From assembly GCF_009914755.1 (NCBI RefSeq), contig NC_060934.1: 64,000 nucleotides of DNA. One strand, given 5' to 3'. Positions 14,351-26,000 of the stretch are shown here, in pieces. Below the pieces are notes generated by a model. That model did no database searches, had not been told where the DNA came from, and saw only the letters and a program-made list of their open reading frames with translations. Source of the stretch: the human T2T-CHM13v2.0 reference genome, Homo sapiens. Position 1 is the first letter of the stretch, and every line of letters starts with the position of its first letter. A program made the translations under genes and the position numbers.

Positions 14351-15699
14351 TCCTGTTGCTCATTCCTGGATGTCCTGCTTCTCTCCCACATTCAGGAATG
14401 ACAGGGCTAGTGTGTGCTTCTGCACTTGCCCTCCATGGGGCTGTACTGGAGGGATTTCCATTTCTTTGGCTTCATGGTATTTACACCTCTCTCTTTTCAC
14501 TTCTCTCACCCCTCTTATATTAGATCAAACTCGATCTGATGTAACTCTTAATGATTTCCTTTTTAAGGAGGACATTAGGAAAGCCTGCATCAAGGACATC
14601 ACTTACCTTCATTTAGAACTGTGGGCATCTGCGCTGTGTCCATTTCTTACAGCGATAAAATGGCAGTAAATCAGAAAAAATGCCATGCCCTTCAGAACCT
14701 TGAGAATGAGCTCCTGAGCATTCTGCTTACAGGGATGTAGGCTTGTCAGTGAGTAAATCAGCTCTGTCCTTACGCCCCCATTGCATCAGGGAAATCTCTG
14801 ACTTTGTGGGATAGGTTTGACGTGTCAGTCAATCTCTCTCTACCCCCATTTGAGACTGAGAGTGTATCTCTCCCTTGTTTTCTCTGAGCATGTTTAGTGA
14901 GCTTATTGGCCCCCTAGGTTTCATTGCCAGCCACAGCTTAGTCCTTGTCAGAGAGATTATTATATGAACCCTAGGTGACTTCTGACTGCAGAAGGGCCCT
15001 GGATTTACATTTTTGCATTCCAAAGTCAGGAATATAAATGACTAATGGAACACTGGGCCACCGAATATTTATATATCTATTTTGAAATTTACATTTCTCC
15101 CTTTCTTATGATGGGGTTTGCTGCTCCCGGGGTCGTAGTTGATGGGCCAGTAGCATCCGTGGTGACAAAGCAATCATCTGGGGAGAGTGCTTCCCAGCCC
15201 CAGTGGCACACTGTGATGTGCTGCAGGTTATTATGCCAGCAATTCAGCAGTAATCGAACCCCCCATCTCCTTGGCCCTATCCCTGCTTCCCTTTTATGAT
15301 GTCCAATAAATTTTACATGCTCCAATTTGCCTCATCCACCACCTAATACTGTTTGAATTAAGAATCTCTTCCATAGCTTTCAACAATGGGAACTTTGCTT
15401 TCTCCAAAATTATTTATAAAGGCCACTCATGACTGTGCCAGAACGGAGGCTGGACTGTGCAGGTAGAGACAGTGCACATATGCTGGTCCATATAGAAGAT
15501 GGGGTTGCCCAGTTGTTGAACTTGCTGACTACATGATATATTGAGATGGAAGAGGATGTCTATAGATACATACTATATCTATATGTATGTATGTTTTGAA
15601 TGAAAAAATTGTGTTAAATTAGGAATTTTTTAAAAGGTAGAGCATCCATTTGAAAGTTCCCTGGTCCCTGATACTTTTCACGATATATGGTACATTTAA

Positions 15700-15940
15700 T
15701 AATAGCAGTAACAACAATAATAGCAACACTACTTAAGCGTTTACTACTCGCTGAATTATTCTAAGCCCTTTGCATGCATTTTAAAATTCCAACAGCCCCA
15801 TGAGATTGAGCCTTTTTGTAAACCTGCTTATAAAGGTGGAAATAAGTTCAGAGAGGTTAAGTTCCTCAAGATTACATAGCTAGTAAGCAACAGGGCTAGG
15901 ACTAGATGTTGTATTGTCTGATACCTGTTTTTAACATCAC
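15700..15940 (-). mobile_element. MIR
   Basis: gttcagagaggttaagttcctcaagattacatagctagtaag. Confidence 0.75.
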
Positions 15941-15999
15941 CTAATACCACCATGTGGTGTAGGCAGGAAGCAGAGATCTTGAGATGAATGTTAGTACAT

Positions 16000-16530
16000 T
16001 TCTCATTCACTCAAGCCACTCACCTTTTCTCATTCACTCAAGCCACTCCCCTTTTTGTTCCCCGTCAGTATTTACAAAGCATCTATTCTGTGCACACCCT
16101 GTTCTGAACACTGGGTATCAATACAGCAGTGAAGATGACCCGCAGTCCCTACTCTTGTGGAGTTAATATTTTAATACTTGTAGTCAGACAATAGACACGT
16201 AAAGAAATAAACCATGCACTTTCTAACATTGGTGTCTCAAAGAAAATGCATGAGAGCAATGCAATGGAAAGTGTCCAGTTGGGGAGGGGAGCTATTTTCA
16301 CTAGGATGCCAACAAAGGCTTCCCTGAAGACTGGGCATTTGAGCTGAGACCTAAATGTGAAGATGGCTGGGAGCTGGTGTATGGAGCATAGGGTTCGCTA
16401 GAGGAAAGGCAGCTGTAAAGACCCAAGTCAGGAATCAGTGTCTTGTGTTGGAAAGCCAGGAGGAAGACCAGAGTGGCTGAAGCATTATTAGCTGTAGAGA
16501 GAGAGTAGATTATGAAGTCAGGAGATTGGC
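16000..16530 (-). mobile_element. L2a 3' region
   Basis: agtatttacaaagcatctattctgtgc...cagcagtgaag...catttgagctgagacctaaatg...gaggaagaccagagtggctg. Confidence 0.75.
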
Positions 16531-17156
16531 AGACCTCAAGGCGTGCAGAGCAGGGCAGGGAGTGTGGATGCCGTGGTGTTTTCAGTTCTTTCAATCAATA
16601 TTTTACTGCCTGCAGCCCATTTTCTTTTACAGCCTGTCTTCTTTTCCTTCTGCTTTGACTCGAGTCTTACCTCATAATGGGCATTTTAATCCTCTCTGTG
16701 ATGCAATCCAATGCTTCTTGCTGGGCACCTTGCTTTATTCCAGCTCAGGGCAGCATTAAAAAAGAACAGAGGAAGTCTCCAGCCGAGAGGGGCTCAGGAA
16801 GGGGTGCAGGTTGCAATCTAAGAGCTTTAATTAAATCAATGCCGTGCACATCCTGTCCACAAAGCTGGGGGCAATTGCATGCTCTTTACTGACGCCATGA
16901 TATACACTTAAGAGCTGTGTGACTTCACAGAAGCAATTAAATTGGCCTGTTTAATCAGTGGTAAGGCCACCATCAATAACAATTATTATTTTTATTGATT
17001 TGATAAGTGCACAGTAGAAATAATCACAGAGAATAGCTGTCTCTTTCCCCCTGTCCTTTGCCTAAATGCTAAACCCTAGGCTACCCAGGCCAAATCTATA
17101 GTGACCTCTTGAACAGTTTTACTACAGATCCATATGTAATCAAGAATTCCTACCTT

Positions 17157-17450
<294 letters not shown>

Positions 17451-18688
17451 CTACCTTATAAAATTTCCATGCTAAAAAAAAATAATCCATGCTTTTTCAT
17501 TGAAACAGAAATTTTCAACTTTCCAGTCCTTTGATTGGTAACAAAGGAATGCTCCCTATGGCAAATAATTAAATCTGCATTTTCTCTTTCAGCCTCATCC
17601 ATCTTGTTTATTGTTTTCCTATAGCTCAAACTATGATCTCATTTTGGCCAGAAATATAGGTTCAGTGACAGAAAACAGGCTTGGACATTGCATAGCTGTG
17701 GATATATACACGATTATGTGGATGTTACAGAACCTAAAGGAAGATCTAAATGGCATTATAAGAAGCTGCTTTTACCCCAAGACTTATTATCTTTCTCCAT
17801 CTCACTTATAGTTTGGCATCTTTGCATTTGTAGTTCCAAAAATCTGAATTACTTCCCCTCGCCTTCTTGTGAATTAATTCCATATACTTGTGACCATGGG
17901 AGAGAAGCAGACTCAAAGTATACCAAAATTGGAGTCCAGCCTTGGGGAATGAAAGAGTGAACCTTTGTTCAGGGAGAAAGAAGGGGCCCTGATTTATGTG
18001 TGCAGTCACTCAGTAAGAAAAGCTAAAATGTGTATGGGCTACATCCCTCTCCACTATCCCACTGTGAGAGATCCATGAAGGAATAGGGAGGGATTGTTGG
18101 TCTTCCATGGTACTTCTCCTGGAGGATAGCATATGTTATTCCCACCTGACTTCATTAAAGGTAAAGGTCTCAGGAATCTTGAATGACAATCACAGAGATG
18201 CCCCCATTCCACCATTCACCTTGGATTTTTGGCCAGGTTGGCTTCCTGGGGGAAGAGGGTTACAATTTGTCTACTAATATATGGACACATTGGTAAACTG
18301 AATTTAAATCCTCCTCAATGGACTTGATGCCACATGGGACTTGTATGGGGCATTGCTCTCACAGTTCTCATTCAAGAGCTGCTTTGTTTCCAGATAGTTC
18401 TACAGCTCTTCAATAGAACCTGGAATCCATGGTCTGTGAGGAGAAACAGTGACCCAGGTTGTGTCAGATGTTTTTATACGTACCATGAATGGCTTCTGAC
18501 ATCACAAAGGTTTGGAAAATGCATTAAATTCGGTTTACCTCTTAGGCATTAACAAGATACATTAGCATGAGGGCTTTGAGATTCTAGAATAATTTCTCAG
18601 CATTTTCCAAACAGACTCAGTCAAGGAACCCTTTGTCAGAGTAGGCCTATTCCCCAGAATATACATTGGAAAAGCTGGTCTGGAGGCC

Positions 18689-19052
18689 TGTATTAGTTTG
18701 TTCTCACACTGCTATAAAGATACTACCTGAGTCTGGGTAATTTATAAAGAAAGGAGGTTTAATTGACTCACAGTTCCACATGGCTGAGGAGGCCTGAGGA
18801 AACTTACAATCACGGTGGAAGGCAAAGGAGAAGCGACACACAACTTACATGGCAGGGAGAGAGAGCAAAGGGGGAACTGCCAAAAACTTTTAAATCCATC
18901 AACTCTTACGAGAACTCACTCACTATCATGAGAACAGCATGGAGGAAACTGCCCCCATGATCCAGTCACCTCCCACTGGGTCCCTCCTTCAACATGTGGG
19001 GATTACAATTCAAGATGCGATTTGGGTGGGGACACAGAGCCAAACCATATCA
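18689..19052 (-). mobile_element. MSTA solo LTR (ERVL-MaLR)
   Basis: tgtattagtttgttctcacactgctataaaga ... ccaaaccatatca termini; 5-bp TSD aggcc/aggac. Confidence 0.92.
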
Positions 19053-22032
19053 AGGACTAACCACTTATTTTTTTTTCTTGTAGGCTTGCATATGTACCTA
19101 TACATGGGGTGAGCATCCTCTCACTTAGGGCAAAATTTTTAGTGAGGAATTCTATGACAGTGCTACATATATTGTATATATGATATCCCTGTTCCCAAAT
19201 GTAAACATCTCCACATGTATCCCTTCTAGACCAAAACCTTTTTATCTGGCTTCATAGAAAGCTGTAGTGTTTTGGGCTAGTATTTACCATTAGATCTAAA
19301 AACGGTGCATCCTTGGATTCCTTTTGTTGAATTTTGTGTAAATATTTAGGGTATTTACACCTTGACAACCAATGACTTTAAAGTTTAAAAACTGATATTT
19401 AACTGACTTTTATACTTACTAATATCACATTATAGATGCTAAAGAATCATTGTAACCATTAGACACCAACGATTTCTTTCAGAGTTTGTTAAAATCACGT
19501 TGCCTTTTTTACTATTTTTAAATAGTATGATATCTAATCTGTTCATTGCTTGTGTGTAAGTTTCCTAAACTTTGCCATACCTCCATATAACTTGTACTAT
19601 TATGTACCCAGTATGTGTGACAGGGTTCCCTGATGGCAATCTCCAAAGAAATACAATTTGGGCATAAAGTAATGGTGCCTAAATTCTGCCCAGAAATGTT
19701 CTGAAATGGGGGATAGGGTTGAGGTGACATGTAGTTCCCTCTCCAGAAGCAGGGGAGTGGAGGCAGGCTCCTGTGTCCTCCAGTATGTTTCCCATCCAGT
19801 ATCCCTGGATCAGGTGAATGAAAAGGGCATTAACTAATGGGGATATTACAGGATGAGGTCAAATGATCCATGTAGAGTTCATACCAGAGTACCTGCCATA
19901 TAGGAAATATCCAAGTAATTCTATTGTTGTCATGGTTTTATTGTCTTCAAATATCTTTATTTTCTTTTATGGATTTTTACATACTACCTTTTTTTAGACA
20001 GAGCAGGATTTACTTTTTTTTAGACAAAGCAGGATATATATTTCTAAACATTTGAAGATATTTGAAGGTATTTGTCATCATCACTTAGTATCCCAGGTAT
20101 CCCAACCATTCCATCTTAATAGTATCTGAGTCATTCATAGTATATCCTAGACTGTTTCAGGATCACCAGTTCCAAATATTGGAGTAAGTTATTAAACAAG
20201 TCTTTTAAGATCTTATGAAGATCTTAAAATAGACCAGGAAGAGAAGTATACTTGCCCATATTTCCTCCATTTAGTTAATCCCATCTAAACTTGCTGCACA
20301 TAAATTGGAAGAATTAAATAAATGAGTTGTGAAAATGGTGTTTTTACCATCAAATTAGATATGGATCATCTGGCTATAATGGGCCTGGGGCACAATCTAT
20401 GCATATTCATTTGAAAACCAACTGGGATGTTTAAAAAAGTGAGCAGGTCAATAAGAATACAATGATTTCTGTAGACTGGTAATGCATGGCCAGGCATTAA
20501 AAGTGGATATTGTATGCATCTGTGTGTGTGTCTTGGAAAAGTCAAGTAGAACTTGATTTGGGTAAAACCCAAATGTTTCTGTGTTCTTTCTAGTCAGTTA
20601 GTTATTTTGTTTAGTTAGAACATAGTACCACTGAGGTAAAGGTTACGTATTTTATTCTTGTGAGAGCTGCTTTGCTATGTATCAGGGCAAAAAAAGAATG
20701 ATGGAACATCTCTACTTTTTATAAAAATTAGATCAACAATCACTGTAATGGTAGAAAAAGAGAGTATATGTGTTTTGATATTGGAGCGATTTTTACAAAA
20801 ATCATATATGTCAATTTTACACAGGATCACTCACTGCTTTTCTGCTCTGAAGGATGAAGATCACAACTTTCCCTACCATTCCCCTACCTCTCAATTTTTG
20901 TTAGTTACATTGTTATCATTATATTGTTAATGACAATTGCATTCTCCTCTATAACAATGCTTTCCATAGTTGTTTAGTGTTGGCTCCATATTTAAGTGAA
21001 CTCAGAGCTCAGTGGAAGTTCTTTGGATGATAGCTCTCCACTCCTGAATTCTTACTCCAACCCTAACTGGCTGGGCTTTCTTCTATCTTTTTCAAAAAGG
21101 GCTCATGAGGCCTGAATTTCTTAAGTTCCATGCTTGTTGTATTTGAATGATATTTTAGTTGGGTATAATAGTTTTAGGCTATATATGATTTACATATATA
21201 TAGAAATATTTCTTCATTGTTTCCTTGTATTGAATGTGATTCTGGATAAGTATGAGGTCAGACTGACTTTTCTTCCTTGTAGGAGATTCTTTTTTCTTCC
21301 ATCTGGTTGTCTAGAGATTTTTTTCCCCTGAATTTTAGTAACTTAATTAAGATTTATTTGATTGTTCTTCATTCTTTGTATCATTTTTTTAACTTGCTAA
21401 ACTCTTTTGAACTATATTTTTTTCTTCATTTTGGGGACTTTTTTAAGTATATGTTTGAATATATTTTCTGTCACATTAATTGTACACATACAAATATTAC
21501 TGTCTTTATTTCCTATGAGTCTTAAATTATCTAATTATTTTATTTTATTTTTCATATGCATTCACTGTGATTATGTCAAACTGTTGCTCTGTCAGTAATT
21601 TGATTTTTAGTGTGACCCCTCTGCTCTTTGATCTTTCCAAATTGCTTTTTACTTCTGAACCATATTGCTTTGGTCTTTGTTTCTTTAGGTCTTCTTTTTA
21701 AATCCATTAAATTGTGTGTGTGTTGGTTTTTTGTTTCATCCTATTTGTAGTTGGCTGAGGTTCTTGATGAAAAAATTTTGCAGTAGATTTGGTGAGTTTT
21801 TGCACAGTATTTCTTTAAATACTTTTCCTTCACAACCTCTTCCTCTTCTCTTTATATTAACACCATATACATATATGTTAGATCTTTTCATATTGTTCCA
21901 CAGGTCCTTGAGGCTGTATTCATTATCATTGTTTTCCTATTTTCCAGGTTGGATAATTTATTTTTATGTATCTTCAAGTTCACTAAATCTCTCCTCCGTT
22001 ATCTTCATTCTGTTATTGAGACAATCTAGTGA

Positions 22033-22033
<1 letters not shown>

Positions 22034-22081
<48 letters not shown>
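22034..22081. repeat. (TCTA)12 tetranucleotide STR, followed by a (TTTC)-rich tract
   Basis: Counted directly. Confidence 0.95.
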
Positions 22082-22084
<3 letters not shown>

Positions 22085-22473
22085 CTTTCTTTCTCTCTTT
22101 CTTTCTCTCTCTTTCTTTCTTTCTTTTGTTAATTCTTTTGTTCATTCTGTCTTTCTTTCGTTCTGTATTTCTGTTTTTGCTGTTGTTGTTGAGAATGGGT
22201 CTCCTGTTCACCCAGGCTGGAGTGCAGTGATGCAATCGCGGCTAACTGTAGCCTTGAACTCTTGGGCTTAAAGATCCTCCTGCCTTGGCCTCCCTAGTAG
22301 CTGGGTCTACAAGCATGTGCCACTATGTCCAGCTAATTTTTTTTTTTCTTTTTTGCAGTGATGGGGTCTTGCTCTGTTGTCCAGACTGGTCTCAAGCCCC
22401 TGGGCTCAAGTGATCCTCCCACCTTGGCCTCTCAAAGTGTCAGGATTACAAACATGAGCCACTGCACCTGGCC
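22035..22473 (-). mobile_element. AluJ with microsatellite-expanded tail
   Basis: Alu body about 22190-22473; TSD tctagtgaat at 22025-22034 and 22474-22483. Confidence 0.9.
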
Positions 22474-25189
22474 TCTAGTGAATTTTTTGTTTCACATGCT
22501 GCATTTTTCAGATCTAAAATTTCTAAGTTTTTTATAGCTTTTGTATCTTTCCTGAGAGCTTCTACTTTTCTACTAATTTAAAGCAAGCTCAACTTTATCT
22601 CATGGACTATGCAGCTATAATAGGTGCTTTGATGTGTTTATTTGCTAATTCCAACATCTGAGCCATATATGTGGATTATTTTTTTTACACAAATGTGACT
22701 AATACTTATTTGTATATTTAGTAATTTTTGGCTTGTATCCTGGGCATTTTGAACATTATGTTGCTTCAATATTGGATATATTACAACTCTGTGAAGAATA
22801 TTAATATTTACTTTTTTGTTTTATGAAGAATTAGCCTCATTTCTTTCAGACTATGGGTTCTGTCTTGCCTTTCGTGGGTTCCAATCTTGGTCCAGTTTTC
22901 AAAGCCTTTGACATCCTCCTCTTGATCTGTCTGTGCCTGTACACTCAAGAGTTAGTATGAAACCTGGATGGTGGTTTACGATCCTCATTCCGTTCTCAGA
23001 GCCCTTGCTAATCTGCTTTGGATATGTCCCGCACATCCAAATGCACAGCTCAGAGATGAGCTGGGAACTTGTGTAGTTTCATATACAGAATTAGAGTATC
23101 CCCTTCTCCAGCTCTCTCACTCTGGGATTCCCTCCACACCTTCCAGTCCTTAAGGGCTGTTTTTCACAGCTCTTCAGCCCAGAAATTTGAAATAGAAATA
23201 GAAAGTGGAGTTTGAGATTTCCATGGTACTGCTGTATCAGACGACTCTGTGATTGGGGCCTGCATTTGGGGAAAAGCCACATTAAAAAAGAACAATAAAC
23301 CCAGAAATTCACCTCTTGGTGGGTAGCTTCTCCATAAGCCACTGGCTTTTGTTTTACTTTTCCCCATCCTCAGTATCCTTGTATTTTGTGCAGTGTTTAG
23401 TTGTAATCAGTGGAAGAGATAGGAGGTAGTGGGCTTACCCTCTCATGCAAGAGGCAGGCTCACATTCAATTAAACTGCATTCAGCTGAGCCCCTCTTTTA
23501 TTAAAGTCTTGTTCTTACTAAGTTGTTTTATAGCATAAAGCTATTTGGATTTTTTTTTCTGCTGTTCCTTTAGTTGTTGGGTCCTTTTTGTGTCTTTTGC
23601 ATGATGTGCTTCTGTCCTCCTTTTCCTGGTTTTGTTGTTAGTCTGAATTTTTTGCTGTGCTGTTTGTTTTCTCTCTGATCATGTTTGAGTAACTCTGAAA
23701 TATACAGTGTGAATGGCTTCTTAATTATCTTCCCACCTCTCATAATATGAGCTTCTTTTACCCTCAAAGTTGCAGTTTGAGAAGTAAGTATTTCATGTTT
23801 TGTCCATGTTCTGTAGCTTCAGAAAATGGGGTAGGGAGGAGAATAGTTCAACTGAGAAGGGATGTGATCTTTATTGGAATAGCCAGACTTAATTCTCTCA
23901 TCTGACATTCTGTTAAACCTTCATTAGGGTTTACTTTTGGGCTTTGGATGATTTCTCTAATTCACTGGGTCATCATGGAATTTTCATGCCCATTAGAGGG
24001 TGTACCCAGTTGTTAGTTTTCTGTGTTTCATTTGCTTTTCCCAGTGGTTACTTAATCCATTACTCAGTCAGAAGAAGGAGAAGAGAAGAATGCCTAGATA
24101 AAGTTTGCTTCTTTCTAGATTTGGATGCATTAATGAGAATTTTTCGGATTTTGCAGATTCCCTGTATAATTTCTGGCACTGTCTGGGATGAGCTGTACTA
24201 TACCTCCAGTTAACCCTAGAGTCTTCTGGCTCCTTCATTGAATTCCAGTTTCTAAATCTGTGCTCATGTGTTTACCCAACTCAAAGTAGATAGCTTTTCT
24301 CAAATCAGGAAAATGTATCCCTGAAAAGTGAAGTGTTCCTCGGCAGGTTTGGTCATTACTGAATCTTCCGTAAGAAATTCTTTAAAAATATAATGAGATA
24401 ATGACTGTGAAAGTGCTTTATAAACTATAAAGTGCTCAACGCATGTAAAACTGTGATATTATCATCACTCATGTCCCCTATGCTGCTAATCGTCAGTGGA
24501 TCAGCCAGGGAGGCAGGCGTTCCTCGCTTCTGCTTTGTTATACTGTCTTATCCCGACCTTGACACTCTGGCAGCAGTGACCCTCAACAAGATAACCTGAC
24601 AGTCAGCGGTGTCTCACCCACACTATTACCTGCCTTTGTTAGTAGCACTCAGACAGCATATAGGTAATTCCCCATGTTTCTTGTTCATTGTCTCTGTAAT
24701 AAAACATTTTCTTTTATAGAAATCCTGACTCTAATTTCACAAAAGCTCTGCTATGGAACCTCCTCTGGCCTCTCCCTTCCTCCTGAAATACAGTAGTGTG
24801 TGTTTCATATTTGAACTCACAAGCTAATTGAACTTTATTGAAAGATTCTTTTACTTTGCCCAACATCTTTAAATAGTGATTTGGTGCTATGATTAGATAC
24901 ACTCTCAAAAACTATTGTTGCTGGGTAGAGAGAAGCTTCAAGGAAGAATGAAATAAACAAGCATGATGGAGTTGGATGGGTTAGAACAAGTTTGTTTTTC
25001 TTATGTGGATATGCTTTTCATATCCACATTTATTTTGTTTCCTTGTCTGAACTGCAAGGTCCTTGGGGATAGGAATAATGACTGACTCAGACTGTTCTGG
25101 AAAAATGGAGTATGATGGAGGACATGAGCAATACCTATAATATTATAAATGAGAGAAATAAAATGATAAGGAATTGCTGACCAAATACA

Positions 25190-25420
25190 GTAACACTAAA
25201 TTGCAGTGATTAAGAGCATGAACTTAGAGTTTGACCAATTATAGCTGTATGACCTTGGACAAGTTACTTAACCTTTCTAGGTCACATCTGTGATTTGGAG
25301 ATAATAAGAATATTTGCCTCCTAAGGCTGTTGATAACGAATGTAAAGTGTTTATAGCAGTGCCTGGAACATAATACAGGCAAAAATGTTATCTGTTATCA
25401 TCATCATCATCATTATTCTT
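25190..25420 (+). mobile_element. MIR
   Basis: agctgtatgaccttggacaagttacttaacct core. Confidence 0.75.
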
Positions 25421-25542
25421 TTATAAATTCTTCCTTGAAGCTTCACAAGGCAAGTACAGGACAAATGAAAAGAAATAAAGTTTACACAGCATGGGATAAG
25501 AATATGAGATTTACTATGCCAAAAGTGGTATAGACGGGCTAA

Positions 25543-25812
<270 letters not shown>

Positions 25813-25826
25813 AATAAATGCTTCTT

Positions 25827-26000
25827 ATAGGCATTGTTTTAAAATGTTACATGTGTTGTCTAATGTAATACTCATGACACTATGAGGTAGTCCCATTTTA
25901 TAGACAAGGAGACTGAGGCACTGAGAAGTGAAGTAACCAGCCTAAATTCCCATAACTCATAAAGGGTTGAGCTAAGATTTGAATCCAATCAACCTCTGCA
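25827..26000 (-). mobile_element. MIR (remainder after the Alu insertion)
   Basis: cccattttatagacaaggagactgaggcactgagaagtgaagtaac. Confidence 0.7.

Larger units (their letters stand above)
20850..23450 (-). mobile_element. Ancient L1ME/L1M5 ORF1 and 5' region fragments, interrupted by AluJ
   Basis: T-rich L1 antisense texture (gttgggtataatagttttagg; gttagatcttttcatattgttccacaggtccttgaggct; ttccaacatctgagcca); boundaries approximate. Confidence 0.65.
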
